From: Lachnospiraceae bacterium
GTDB lineage: Bacteria > Bacillota > Clostridia > Lachnospirales > Lachnospiraceae
Direction of reading: 5' to 3'
Length of the DNA stretch: 64,000 nt
NCBI GenBank assembly: GCA_017469935.1
Contig: JAFUFL010000022.1
Span: 104,197-168,196 of the forward strand
Of the stretch, positions 45,610 through 55,511 are shown piece after piece (position 1 is the first letter of the stretch; the number at the start of each line of letters is the position of its first letter). Under the pieces are notes generated by a model that made no database searches, was not told where the DNA came from, and saw nothing but the letters and a program-made list of their open reading frames with translations. The translations under genes and the position numbers were made by a program.

Positions 45610-47691
45610 ATGAGCAAAAGAGTCTTTATCGCAGAAAAGCCCAGTGTCGCCAGGGAATTCGCAAATTCCCTGGGGCTGCGCTTTACATCGAGAGATGGAT
45701 ATATGGAAGCGGAGGATACAATTGTGACCTGGTGCGTAGGGCATCTGGTCACAATGTGCTATCCTGACGCTTATGACCCCAAATACAAGAAATGGTCGCT
45801 GGCGACGATTCCTTTTATTCCGGACGCCTACAAGTACCAGGTGATCGACGGCGTAAAGAAGCAGTTTGGGATCGTAAAGAGGATCCTCACCGATAAGGAT
45901 GTGGACACGATCTATATCTGCACGGACTCCGGACGCGAAGGGGAATACATTTACCGCCTGGTCGCGCAGGAGGCCGGCGTCCGCGGCAAAAGACAGCTGA
46001 GAGTCTGGATCGATTCCCAGACCAAAGAGGAGATCCTGCGGGGAATCCGGGAAGCCAAAGAGGACTCCGAATACGACAATCTGGGCTCCGCCGCCTATCT
46101 TCGCGCCAAAGAGGACTACCTGATGGGAATTAATTTTTCCAGGGCCCTGACGCTCAAATACGGCGACGGCATCAGCCGGGTCCTCGGGACCAAGTACTCC
46201 GTGATCGCCGTAGGCCGGGTCATGACCTGCGTGCTGGGCATGGTCGTAAGGCGGGAGAGAGAGATCCGGGATTTCGTCAAGACGCCCTTCTACCGGGTAC
46301 TGGGGACTTTTAAGCCCGCTTCGTCCGAGGAAGAAGAGGAGATCACCGCGGAGTGGCATGCGGTGGAGGGCAGCCGCTATTTTGGCACGCCTGCCCTTTA
46401 CAAAGAGAACGGATTTAAAGAAAAAAAAGACGCGGAGGCGCTGATCGAATACCTGCAGGAGCCCATCGCGGCCGGAGACTGCGAAGTCAAATCCCTGAGC
46501 AGGAAAAAGGAGAAGAAGAACCCGCCGCTCCTCTACAACCTGGCAGAGCTTCAGAACGACTGCTCAAGGTTCTTCAAGATCAGCCCCGACCAGACGCTGC
46601 AGGCGGCCCAGGAGCTGTACGAAAAGAAACTGACAACCTACCCCAGAACGGATGCGCGCGTTCTCTCTTCGGCGGTGGCAAAGGAGATTGGAAAGAACCT
46701 GAAAGGTCTCTCCTCCATGCCGATGTACCGCCCCTATCTGCAGAAGATCCTGGAAATGGAATCTTACAAGAAGATCGGAAAGACGCGCTATACGGACGAC
46801 AAAGCGATCACGGACCACTACGCCATCATTCCCACCGGACAGGGTCTGAACGCACTTCCATCTCTGTCGGCGACCACCGCCAAAGTCTACGAGCTGATCT
46901 GCAGAAGGTTTCTGGCCATCTTTTATCCTCCGGCGATCTTTGATAAAATAGCACTTGAGATCCGTCTCGGAACGGAGATGTTCTCCGCTTCCTTCCGCAC
47001 CTGCGTCGACAAGGGATATCTCGAAGTCATGGAATATTCCTTTAAGAAAGACAAGAGCGGAGAAGGAGAGGCTGACGGCGAAAAGGGAAAAGAAGGCGCA
47101 GAGTCTGAGGCGGACAAGGTCCCTTCCTTTGTCTCTTCGCTGCGGCGCGGGACCAAAATGGCCTGCACCGGGCTTTCCATCAAGGAAGGCGAGACCAAGC
47201 CGCCCAAGCGCTACAATTCGGGCAGCATGATCCTGGCCATGGAAAACGCCGGCCAGCTGATCGAAGAGGAGGAGCTGCGGGAGCAGATCCGCGGCAGCGG
47301 AATCGGAACCAGCGCGACGAGGGCGGAGATCCTTCGCAAGCTTTTCAGCAACAAGTATCTCTCGCTCAACAAGAAGACGCAGATCATCACTCCGACACTC
47401 CTGGGCGAGATGATCTACGACACGGTGGACTGCTCGATCCGGTCACTTCTCAACCCGAAGCTGACGGCGAGCTGGGAGCTGGGACTCACCAGAGTCGCGG
47501 AAGGAACGGTGACCGAAGAGGAATATCTGGAAAAGCTGAACGGTTTCGTGGCACGCAATACAAATAACATCAAGAACAGTAATTTTGGCGGAGCGCTGCA
47601 GCAGATGTATATGAGAGACAGTCAGTTCTACAAGCGTACGCCCGCCCCCGCTTCTAAAAGCCGGAAGAAGCCCGGCAGAAAGGACAAATAA
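45610..47691 (+). CDS. topB: DNA topoisomerase III
   Basis: 693 aa. Toprim VFIAEKPSVAREFA...CTDSGREGE, the type IA catalytic region LTTYPRTDARVLS (active-site Tyr), and a basic C-terminal tail. Confidence 0.88.
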   Translation: MSKRVFIAEKPSVAREFANSLGLRFTSRDGYMEAEDTIVTWCVGHLVTMCYPDAYDPKYKKWSLATIPFIPDAYKYQVIDGVKKQFGIVKRILTDKDVDTIYICTDSGREGEYIYRLVAQEAGVRGKRQLRVWIDSQTKEEILRGIREAKEDSEYDNLGSAAYLRAKEDYLMGINFSRALTLKYGDGISRVLGTKYSVIAVGRVMTCVLGMVVRREREIRDFVKTPFYRVLGTFKPASSEEEEEITAEWHAVEGSRYFGTPALYKENGFKEKKDAEALIEYLQEPIAAGDCEVKSLSRKKEKKNPPLLYNLAELQNDCSRFFKISPDQTLQAAQELYEKKLTTYPRTDARVLSSAVAKEIGKNLKGLSSMPMYRPYLQKILEMESYKKIGKTRYTDDKAITDHYAIIPTGQGLNALPSLSATTAKVYELICRRFLAIFYPPAIFDKIALEIRLGTEMFSASFRTCVDKGYLEVMEYSFKKDKSGEGEADGEKGKEGAESEADKVPSFVSSLRRGTKMACTGLSIKEGETKPPKRYNSGSMILAMENAGQLIEEEELREQIRGSGIGTSATRAEILRKLFSNKYLSLNKKTQIITPTLLGEMIYDTVDCSIRSLLNPKLTASWELGLTRVAEGTVTEEEYLEKLNGFVARNTNNIKNSNFGGALQQMYMRDSQFYKRTPAPASKSRKKPGRKDK

Positions 47692-47692
47692 T

Positions 47693-48370
47693 ATGCAGAT
47701 TCAGGACTTTACCATCGAGAAACTTATGGATCTCAACGAGACGATCGCCGCCGACCTGTTCAAGGGAAAGACTTATCCCTGGGAAGTTCTGGGTGACATC
47801 AAGGAATTTATCATCGCGTTGGGAAACCAGCTTCCCGAAGACAGATTCGAGAAGAGAGGCGAGAACATCTGGGTGGCAAAGAGCGCCACGGTCTTCGACA
47901 GCGCCTATATCGGAGGTCCCTGCATCATCGATGAGAACGCGACTGTGCGTCAGTGCGCTTTCATCCGCGGCAGCGCGATTGTCGGAAACGGCACGACAGT
48001 AGGAAATTCCACCGAGCTCAAGAATGTAGTCCTTTTCAATAAGGTCGAGGTTCCCCACTACAACTATGTGGGCGACAGCGTTCTGGGCTTCCACGCGCAC
48101 ATGGGCGCGGGTTCCATCACCTCCAATGTAAAGGCGGACAAGAAGAACGTCGTCATTCACTGCGGAGAGGAGAACATGGAGACAGGCCTTCGCAAGATCG
48201 GCGCCATGCTGGGCGACTGGGCGGACATCGGCTGCAACAGCGTCCTCAATCCGGGAACCGTGATCGGACAGCACACGAACCTCTATCCCCTTTCCATGGT
48301 CAGAGGCTGCGTCCCTTCCTGGCATATCTATAAAGACAAAGACAACATCGTGGAAAAGATCAGAGAATAA
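47693..48370 (+). CDS. Left-handed beta-helix (hexapeptide-repeat) protein, GlmU C-terminal-domain-like, unknown function
   Basis: 225 aa. Imperfect hexapeptide repeats (IGGPCIIDENATVRQCAFIRGSAIVGNGTTVGNSTELKNVVL...). There is no nucleotidyltransferase domain. The ATG is 1 nt after the topB stop. Confidence 0.6.
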   Translation: MQIQDFTIEKLMDLNETIAADLFKGKTYPWEVLGDIKEFIIALGNQLPEDRFEKRGENIWVAKSATVFDSAYIGGPCIIDENATVRQCAFIRGSAIVGNGTTVGNSTELKNVVLFNKVEVPHYNYVGDSVLGFHAHMGAGSITSNVKADKKNVVIHCGEENMETGLRKIGAMLGDWADIGCNSVLNPGTVIGQHTNLYPLSMVRGCVPSWHIYKDKDNIVEKIRE

Positions 48371-48434
48371 CTCAGGTGGTATCCCAAGCGTAGTTATTCG
48401 ATGCACACGCCTTGAATACAAAGGAGCACCTGGC

Positions 48435-49277
48435 ATGAGAGCTAATGTAAAGAACAGTCTGAATTATATACGCAAAATAACGGATTTTGTGCCTGATGTC
48501 GCGCTGATCCTGGGTTCCGGCCTGGGCGGATTCACAAAAACAATGGAGGAGGTCGTCTGCTCGATCCCCTACAACAGGATTCCGGGATTTCCGGTCTCCA
48601 CGGTGTCCGGCCACGCCGGAAAATATGTGATGGGCTATATCAAGGGCGTTCCGGTCATCTGCATGGAAGGAAGGGTTCATTACTACGAGGGATACACGCC
48701 CGAGGAAGTCGTACTTCCCGTGCGCGTCATGCGCGCTCTGGGCGCCAAAGTCCTCTTTATCACCAACGCGGCCGGCGGGATCAGCGAGGACCTGCAGCCG
48801 GGTTCTCTTGTCATCCTCAGAGACCATGTCTCCCTCTTTGTGCCCAACCCGCTCAGAGGGGCCAACGATCCGAGTGAAGGAGAGCGCTTCCCCGATATGA
48901 CGGAAGTCTATGACCGGTTCCTTCGAAAGATCATTGAGCAGAACGCAGCCCGCTCCGGCATGCCGATCAGCGAAGGCGTCTACTGCCAGCTGTCCGGCCC
49001 TTCCTACGAGACTCCTTATGAGATCAAGATCCTGGCCCAGATGGGCGTCGACGTGGTGGGCATGAGCACCGTCATGGAGGCGATCGCCGCAAACCATATG
49101 GGAATGAATGTGTGCGGCCTCTCCCTGGTGACAAATATGGCGGCGGGTATTAATACGGAACGGCTCAGCCACAACGACGTAAAAATGGCGGCTAAGGACG
49201 CGGAAAAGCAATTCGCCGCCCTGATCACCGCATCGATCGGTGATGTCAAACAGTATCTGGAGACATTGGACAAGTAA
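48435..49277 (+). CDS. punA: Purine nucleoside phosphorylase (trimeric PNP-I / PunA type)
   Basis: 280 aa. SGHAGKYVMG, HYYEGY, NAAGG, and SGPSYETPYE...GMSTVMEAI...VTNMAAG. Confidence 0.88.
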   Translation: MRANVKNSLNYIRKITDFVPDVALILGSGLGGFTKTMEEVVCSIPYNRIPGFPVSTVSGHAGKYVMGYIKGVPVICMEGRVHYYEGYTPEEVVLPVRVMRALGAKVLFITNAAGGISEDLQPGSLVILRDHVSLFVPNPLRGANDPSEGERFPDMTEVYDRFLRKIIEQNAARSGMPISEGVYCQLSGPSYETPYEIKILAQMGVDVVGMSTVMEAIAANHMGMNVCGLSLVTNMAAGINTERLSHNDVKMAAKDAEKQFAALITASIGDVKQYLETLDK

Positions 49278-50956
49278 TGGAAACGTATTTGACGATGATC
49301 GGCATTGTCGCGCTGTTTCTGGTGATCTCGGCGGCGATCGGGATCCGCGACGGCAGGCGGCGCGAGGCCCGGCAGAGAAAAAAGCTCCGGGAGTCCTTCG
49401 GAAAACCGGGCGCCAAGCAATATCGGGACGGAAGGTTTGAACAGATCCCGGGATACCTGTTGCGACACCGGAGTGATTTCGAGATCGACGATATCACCTG
49501 GAACGATCTGGATCTTGACCTTCTCTACCGCAGGATCGACAACACCTGCAGCGGAGCCGGGGAAGAGTATCTTTACCGGCTGCTTCGCTGTCCCCGCACG
49601 GACGGCGGGACCGACCTTTCCGAAGAGGGCATGCAGTGGTGGACCGCCAATGAAGCGGAGCGCATCGACGTACAGCGCACCCTTCAGGATCTGGGCCGCG
49701 ACAGCAAGTATTCGGTCTACGACTATCTGGATCTCATGGACGATCTTCCGGACAGAAAACTGTCGGCGGACCTGCCCGCGATCGTGCTGCCCGTCGTCTC
49801 TTTCGGGATCATGCTCATCAGTCCGCCCGTGGGACTCATCGCCCTGCTGGCAAGCCTGGCCTTCAATATGATCACCTATTTCCGGGTCAAAGGAGAGATC
49901 GAGCCTTATCTGTCCACCTTCCGCTATGTGATCCGGCTCCTGGACTGCGGGAGGAAGCTCTCCGAAAGGACATTTCCCTGCTATGACAGGGAGAAAGAGG
50001 TCATGAAAGAGGCCTGCCGGTCCTTCAGCGGATTTATGAGAGGAAGCGGCATTCTTCTGAGGGGAAAGGGAGGGATCACCTCCTCGAATCCCGCGGACCT
50101 GCTGCTGGATTATCTGTGCATCATTTTCCACATCGACCTGATCAAGTTCGGCTCGATGCTGAAAGACCTGCGGGGAAAGGGAGCGGAGATCGACGCCCTG
50201 ATCAGTGCCGTCGGGTCCGTTGACGCGCAGATCAGCGTCTCCTCCTGGCGGGAGAGCCTTCCGGCATACTGTGTACCTGATCTCACAGGCACCTGCTATG
50301 AGGTAAAGGACCTGGTCCATCCCCTTCTGGAAGCACCTGTTCCCAACAGTATATCGGTAGATGCGCCGGTCCTTCTGACCGGCTCCAACGCCTCGGGTAA
50401 ATCTACGTTTCTCAAAGCCGCGGCGCTGGCCGCTGTTTTGGCGCAGTCCCTGCACACGGTGCCCGCTGCCTCGTACCGGAGTCCCTGCTACAGGATCTAT
50501 ACCTCCATGGCGCTGCGCGATGACATCCGGAGCGGGGAGAGTTATTTTATCGTGGAGATCAGGTCTCTCAAGAGAGTGCTTGACGCGGCCTGTAAGGAAT
50601 CGAAAGTCCCCGTGCTGTGCTGCGTCGATGAAGTGCTGCGCGGCACCAACACGATCGAGAGGATCAGCGCCTCTACGGAGATCCTGAAGAGCCTTGCGCG
50701 GGAGCGCATACAGATCTTCGCGGCGACCCACGACATGGAGCTCACACAGCTCCTGGAGAGCACCTATGTCAACTATCACTTCTCCGAGACCCTGGACGGA
50801 GACGATGTAAAGTTTTCTTACCTGCTTCAGGAAGGACCCGCGGACAGCCGCAACGCGATCCGGCTTCTTCGCGCGCTGGGATACGATCCCGGCATCGCGG
50901 ACAGGGCGGAAGAGAGGGCGAAGCATTTTTCCTCGACAGGAGAGTGGAAGCCGTAA
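49277..50956 (+). CDS. Membrane-anchored MutS-related ATPase (MutS domain V only)
   Basis: 559 aa. N-terminal TM helix plus further helices near residues 170-200. Walker A LTGSNASGKSTFLKA, Walker B CCVDEVLRGTNT, and ATHDMEL. No mismatch-binding domain. The start overlaps the punA stop (TAATG). Confidence 0.75.
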   Translation: METYLTMIGIVALFLVISAAIGIRDGRRREARQRKKLRESFGKPGAKQYRDGRFEQIPGYLLRHRSDFEIDDITWNDLDLDLLYRRIDNTCSGAGEEYLYRLLRCPRTDGGTDLSEEGMQWWTANEAERIDVQRTLQDLGRDSKYSVYDYLDLMDDLPDRKLSADLPAIVLPVVSFGIMLISPPVGLIALLASLAFNMITYFRVKGEIEPYLSTFRYVIRLLDCGRKLSERTFPCYDREKEVMKEACRSFSGFMRGSGILLRGKGGITSSNPADLLLDYLCIIFHIDLIKFGSMLKDLRGKGAEIDALISAVGSVDAQISVSSWRESLPAYCVPDLTGTCYEVKDLVHPLLEAPVPNSISVDAPVLLTGSNASGKSTFLKAAALAAVLAQSLHTVPAASYRSPCYRIYTSMALRDDIRSGESYFIVEIRSLKRVLDAACKESKVPVLCCVDEVLRGTNTIERISASTEILKSLARERIQIFAATHDMELTQLLESTYVNYHFSETLDGDDVKFSYLLQEGPADSRNAIRLLRALGYDPGIADRAEERAKHFSSTGEWKP

Positions 50957-50989
50957 GAGCGGCGGCCCGGCAGAAAGGACAACAGTACA

Positions 50990-51454
50990 ATGCCAAAGCA
51001 TGTAAAGATATTTTCGGACGGCTCCGCCAGGGGAAATCCCGACGGACCGGGAGGATACGGCGCGATCCTTCAGTTCACGGACTCCCAGGGAGTCCTGCAT
51101 GAGAAGGAGCTGTCGGAAGGATTTGAGAAGACCACCAACAACCGCATGGAGCTTCTGGGCGTGATCGCAGCACTGGAGTGCCTGCGCGTTCCCTGCCTCG
51201 TGGACGTCTATTCGGACTCCAAATATGTCGTCAGTGCTTTCAATGAGAACTGGATCGGCAGCTGGCAGAGAAACGGATGGAAGACCGCTTCCAAACAGCC
51301 CGTCAAGAACCGGGAGCTGTGGGAGAGGCTTCTCAAGGCAATGGAGCCGCACACCGTGACCTATCACTGGGTCAAGGGGCACGCCGGACATCCCGAGAAC
51401 GAGAGGTGCGACGCCCTGGCGACGGCGGCGGCGGATGCGGCGAGAAAGTCATGA
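50990..51454 (+). CDS. rnhA: Ribonuclease HI
   Basis: 154 aa. [30 protein letters not shown], and [18 protein letters not shown]. Confidence 0.9.
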   Translation: MPKHVKIFSDGSARGNPDGPGGYGAILQFTDSQGVLHEKELSEGFEKTTNNRMELLGVIAALECLRVPCLVDVYSDSKYVVSAFNENWIGSWQRNGWKTASKQPVKNRELWERLLKAMEPHTVTYHWVKGHAGHPENERCDALATAAADAARKS

Positions 51455-51505
51455 TCCGGCCTTTCGCGCACACATTTTAAGGGAAGCAAAGGAGACAGAG
51501 CTTAT

Positions 51506-51955
51506 ATGAGCGGATCCATAAATGTCAGATTCAGGAAAGTCAGCGAGCTCGCCCATATACCGACGCGCGGAAGCGAGAAGGCCGCAGGCTATGACCTCTA
51601 CGCGGCGCTTCCGGCGCCTGTCAGAATCGCCCCGCATGAGACGGTCAAAATAGACACGGGCCTTCAGTTTGAGCTCCCCGACGGGTATTTTGCCGCGATC
51701 TACGCAAGGAGCGGCCTGGCCGCCAAAGAGGGGCTTCGCCCCGCCAACTGCACCGGCGTGTGCGACTCGGACTACCGGGGCAACTACATTGTGGCGCTGC
51801 ACAATGACAGTGAGACGACCAGGATCGTAGAGCCGGGCGAGAGGATCGCGCAGATGGTCGTGATCCCTTATCTGAGCGTCACGTTCGAGGAATCCGATAC
51901 ACTTACGGATACGGAGCGCGGCGGCGGCGGGTTCGGAAGCACAGGAAAAAAGTGA
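51506..51955 (+). CDS. dut: dUTP diphosphatase
   Basis: 149 aa. AAGYDLYA, GVCDSDYRG, RIAQMVV, and the C-terminal ERGGGGFGSTG. Confidence 0.9.
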   Translation: MSGSINVRFRKVSELAHIPTRGSEKAAGYDLYAALPAPVRIAPHETVKIDTGLQFELPDGYFAAIYARSGLAAKEGLRPANCTGVCDSDYRGNYIVALHNDSETTRIVEPGERIAQMVVIPYLSVTFEESDTLTDTERGGGGFGSTGKK

Positions 51956-52010
51956 CCGGAAGCTTCTTTCGGATTACTATACACATCGTTAACACGGAGG
52001 AAACAACATT

Positions 52011-53459
52011 ATGAAGATCAGAACACGATACGCCCCGAGCCCCACAGGCCGCATGCACGTCGGAAACCTGAGAACGGCGCTGTACGCCTATCTCATCGCC
52101 AAACACGAGGACGGCGATTTTATCCTGCGCATCGAGGATACCGACCAGGGCCGCTATGTGGACGGAGCTGTCGATATCATTAAGCGCACCATGGCGGACA
52201 CGGGCCTGATCGAGGACGAAGGCCCCGACAAGGACGGCGGCGTAGGCCCCTATGTGCAGAGCGAGAGAATGCGCGCCGGTATTTACGGAAAATACGCGCA
52301 GGAGCTGATCGACAAAGGCGAAGCCTACAGGTGTTTCTGCACGCCGGAGAGGCTCTCTACGCTCACCCAGGTGGTGGACGGCAAGGAGATCAGCGTCTAT
52401 GACAAGCACTGCCTGCACCTGAGCCCCGAGGAGATCGAGAAAAACCTGGCGGAAGGAAAGCCTTACGTCATCCGTCAGAACAATCCGACGGAAGGGACGA
52501 CCACGTTCCACGACGAGCTCTACGGAGATGTCACCGTAGACAACAAGGAACTGGACGACATGATCCTGATCAAGTCGGACGGCTATCCCACCTACAACTT
52601 CGCCAACGTCGTGGATGATCATCTGATGGGCATCACGCACGTCGTAAGAGGAAATGAGTACATCTCCTCCTCGCCCAAGTACAACCGCCTGTATGAAGCT
52701 TTTGGCTGGGAAGTGCCCAAATACATCCACTGCCCGCTGATCACGGACGAGGATCACCACAAGCTGTCCAAGAGAAGCGGCCACTCCTCCTATGAGGACC
52801 TGATCGAGCAGGGCTTCCTTCCCGAGGCAGTCGTCAACTTCATCGCCCTTCTGGGCTGGTCTCCCGACAGCGACAAGGAAATCTTCAGCCTTGAAGAACT
52901 TGTGAAGATCTTCGACTACCACAGGATCAACAAGGCTCCTTCCGTATTCGATTACCAGAAGCTTCGCTGGATGAACGGAGAGTACCTCAAGGCCATGGAG
53001 CCGGACAAGTTCTTCGAGATGGCGCAGCCTTACCTGACCGCGGCGCTGGGCGAAGGCCTTGATCTTCACAAGATCGCCGAGATGGTCCGCACCAGGATCG
53101 AGATCTTCCCGGACATCGCCGAAATGGTCGATTTCTTCGGAAAACTTCCGGACTATGACGTCTCTCTCTTCACACACAAGAAGATGAAGACGAACGCAGA
53201 GACTTCTCTGACTGTACTGAAACAGCTGCTGCCCATCCTCGAGGCACAGGAGGACTTCTCCAACGACGCCCTCTTTGCCGCCGTAAAGGCTTATATTCAG
53301 GAGAAAGGCTACAAGAACGGCTATGTTCTGTGGCCCGTCCGCATCGCCGTCTCCGGCAAACAGACCACGCCCGCCGGCGCGACGGAGATCATGGAAGTGC
53401 TGGGCAAAGAAGAGTCCATCGCCAGGATCCGCGAGGCGATCCGCCGGCTTGAAGCCTGA
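52011..53459 (+). CDS. gltX: Glutamate--tRNA ligase
   Basis: 482 aa. [19 protein letters not shown] (HIGH-type), RIEDTDQGR, and KLSKRSG (KMSKS). Confidence 0.95.
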   Translation: MKIRTRYAPSPTGRMHVGNLRTALYAYLIAKHEDGDFILRIEDTDQGRYVDGAVDIIKRTMADTGLIEDEGPDKDGGVGPYVQSERMRAGIYGKYAQELIDKGEAYRCFCTPERLSTLTQVVDGKEISVYDKHCLHLSPEEIEKNLAEGKPYVIRQNNPTEGTTTFHDELYGDVTVDNKELDDMILIKSDGYPTYNFANVVDDHLMGITHVVRGNEYISSSPKYNRLYEAFGWEVPKYIHCPLITDEDHHKLSKRSGHSSYEDLIEQGFLPEAVVNFIALLGWSPDSDKEIFSLEELVKIFDYHRINKAPSVFDYQKLRWMNGEYLKAMEPDKFFEMAQPYLTAALGEGLDLHKIAEMVRTRIEIFPDIAEMVDFFGKLPDYDVSLFTHKKMKTNAETSLTVLKQLLPILEAQEDFSNDALFAAVKAYIQEKGYKNGYVLWPVRIAVSGKQTTPAGATEIMEVLGKEESIARIREAIRRLEA

Positions 53460-53488
53460 GAGAAGCCTCTCCTGAGACACTGACATCT

Positions 53489-55276
53489 ATGTATTCCGAT
53501 CTTGATCCCTCCCAGCGGGAGGCGGTCTGCCGTGACCTGCGGCCCTGCGAGATCATCGCGGGGCCCGGGAGCGGTAAGACAACGGTTCTTACAAGCCGCA
53601 TCCTGTATCTTCTCGATCACTGCCAATTCAATCCTTCCCAGATTCTTGTCCTGACTTTCAGCCGCAGCGCTGCCGTGGAAATGAAAGAACGATTTCTCAA
53701 AAGAGCGGGGGACAGAAACCGCAGTGTGCGCTTCGGCACGTTTCACTCCGTCTTTTTCCATATTTTGAAAGAGAGCACCCGAAAAGACTATTCCATATTG
53801 GGGCAGGCGCAGCGGGACAGGCTTTTAGAGCATCTGCTCAAAAACCACTATCCGGATGAAAACGACAGGCCCACCGTCGAAGAGACGGAGAAAATGCTGC
53901 GAAGGCCGCCGTCCTCCTTTTCCGGAAGAGAGACAGAAGCCGCTCTGCAGAAAGAATACCGCGCCTATCTCAAAGAGAACGGATATCTCGATTTTGACGA
54001 TATGATCTCCGAGTGCTCCCGGCTCTTAAAGAGCGACCAAAAAGTGCGGGATCACTGGCGAAGCATGTTCCGGGCGATCCTGGTGGACGAATTTCAGGAT
54101 GTCAACCGCCAGCAATATGAAATCCTGAAGATCCTCTCGACGGGAGAGGGTCTGTTTGTCGTGGGCGACGACGACCAGAGCATATACGGATTTCGGGGAA
54201 GCACGCCGACGATCATGCGGCAGTTCATGGAAGATTACCCGGACGCAGAGCGCATTTTTCTGGGGTTCAACTACCGGTGCAGCGCCTCGGTCTGCAAGGC
54301 ATCCGCCCTGATGATCGGGCAGAACAAGGTCAGGGTCCCCAAAGAGATCCGCGCCGTGCGCCCGCCCGGAGACAAAGTAGTGCTGCGGTCCTTTCGGGAC
54401 GACGGCGAAGAGTACCGCTACCTGCGCGGGGCGATGCGCGCGCTGTCCCGGGAAGAGCTCGACCTTACGGCCGTTATTGTCAGGACCAACACGCATGTGG
54501 CCAGGATCAGCAGCTACCTGGCCGGGGAAGGGATCCCGTGCCTGGGAAGCACAAATCCTCCGGCGCAGATAACAAGCGCCGCGATCCGGGACATAGAGGC
54601 CTATCAGCAGCTCGCCCTGGAGCTGAAGGGGGGAGCGCTGTCCAGGAGCGCGCTCCTGAGAATACTGAACAGGCCGGAGAGGTACCTCCTGCGGTCCGCG
54701 CTGACGGGAGAGACCTGCCCGCCCGAAGAGCTGCTCCTTCAAAGCAGGGGAAATCCGGCCGCCGAAGCAGCTGTGCGCGATCTTCTCAAGGATCTCCATG
54801 TGCTGGGGAGCCTCACTCCCGAAGGATTTATGAAATACCTCATGGACGCCGTGGGATACGCAGAATGGGCCGTCACCCGGCTCGGGGAAAAGGAGACCGT
54901 GGAGGCCGCGCTCAGGGAGCTTGTAAGGGCCGCCGGGCGCGCGTCAGACCTTCGGCAGCTCCCGCAGGTGCTGCGAAGGATTCCCGAGCAGCGAGGGGCT
55001 CCCGCCGGAAAGGGAGTCCGGGTCATGACCATGCACGCCTGCAAGGGCCTCGAGTTTGACAGAGTCTACCTGCCTGCCCTCAACGAAGGCATCATTCCGG
55101 GAAGGCGCTGCACGCAGCCACAGGATTTCGAGGAGGAGAGAAGGCTTTTGTATGTGGCCATGACAAGAGCCAGGGACCATCTAGAACTTCTCTATGTCAC
55201 GGGCACGAGAGAGAATCCCCGGCCGCCCTCGCGATTCCTGTCCGTTTATGGAGTCAGAGGCTTTGTATCCTTATAA
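53489..55276 (+). CDS. UvrD/PcrA-family SF1 DNA helicase (compact, 595 aa)
   Basis: Walker A AGPGSGKTT, FTFSRSAAVEM, VDEFQDVN, VVGDDDQSIYGFRG, MTMHACKGLEFDRV, and YVAMTRA. No obvious RBS at the ATG. Confidence 0.8.
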   Translation: MYSDLDPSQREAVCRDLRPCEIIAGPGSGKTTVLTSRILYLLDHCQFNPSQILVLTFSRSAAVEMKERFLKRAGDRNRSVRFGTFHSVFFHILKESTRKDYSILGQAQRDRLLEHLLKNHYPDENDRPTVEETEKMLRRPPSSFSGRETEAALQKEYRAYLKENGYLDFDDMISECSRLLKSDQKVRDHWRSMFRAILVDEFQDVNRQQYEILKILSTGEGLFVVGDDDQSIYGFRGSTPTIMRQFMEDYPDAERIFLGFNYRCSASVCKASALMIGQNKVRVPKEIRAVRPPGDKVVLRSFRDDGEEYRYLRGAMRALSREELDLTAVIVRTNTHVARISSYLAGEGIPCLGSTNPPAQITSAAIRDIEAYQQLALELKGGALSRSALLRILNRPERYLLRSALTGETCPPEELLLQSRGNPAAEAAVRDLLKDLHVLGSLTPEGFMKYLMDAVGYAEWAVTRLGEKETVEAALRELVRAAGRASDLRQLPQVLRRIPEQRGAPAGKGVRVMTMHACKGLEFDRVYLPALNEGIIPGRRCTQPQDFEEERRLLYVAMTRARDHLELLYVTGTRENPRPPSRFLSVYGVRGFVSL

Positions 55277-55321
55277 GTATTGTGCTACAATAAAAGATAC
55301 TGATTAAAAAAATAATGTTAC

Positions 55322-55475
55322 TATTCAGCACTCCACGTCCCAAATGCTCCGCATTCTGGACTGTGGGCGTCCAGAGGCGCTCCGCGCCTTGTCCGCCCCG
55401 GAAAAAAGATCAAAAACGTTCCGGTGAGCGAGCTCCCCGAACCTTATTTTGATCTTTTTTCCGGGGTGCTGAATA
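55322..55475. repeat. ~150-nt nested inverted-repeat element upstream of glgX
   Basis: Outer inverted repeat tattcagcac (55322-55331) / gtgctgaata (55466-55475). Perfect 20-bp inverted repeat ccccggaaaaaagatcaaaa (55396-55415) / ttttgatcttttttccgggg (55447-55466) around a 31-nt loop. Internal hairpins at 55357-55373 and 55375-55389. Confidence 0.7.
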
Positions 55476-55511
55476 ATTACAAATTAAATGCAATTAAGCA
55501 GGGAGGCAAAA

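Noticed and set aside
49016-51391. 791-aa ORF on the minus strand. Similar long antisense ORFs occur at 60479-62974, 17488-19476, 13128-14528, 8077-9726, 6501-7961, 234-1754 and elsewhere.
   Set aside because: Each lies antisense to a gene with unmistakable conserved motifs (MutS-like/rnhA, mutS, addA, addB, glnS, guaB, YfhO). Their translations are low-complexity and R/G/P/D/H-rich with no recognisable domains or RBS. This is the typical stop-codon-poor antisense frame of GC-rich coding DNA.
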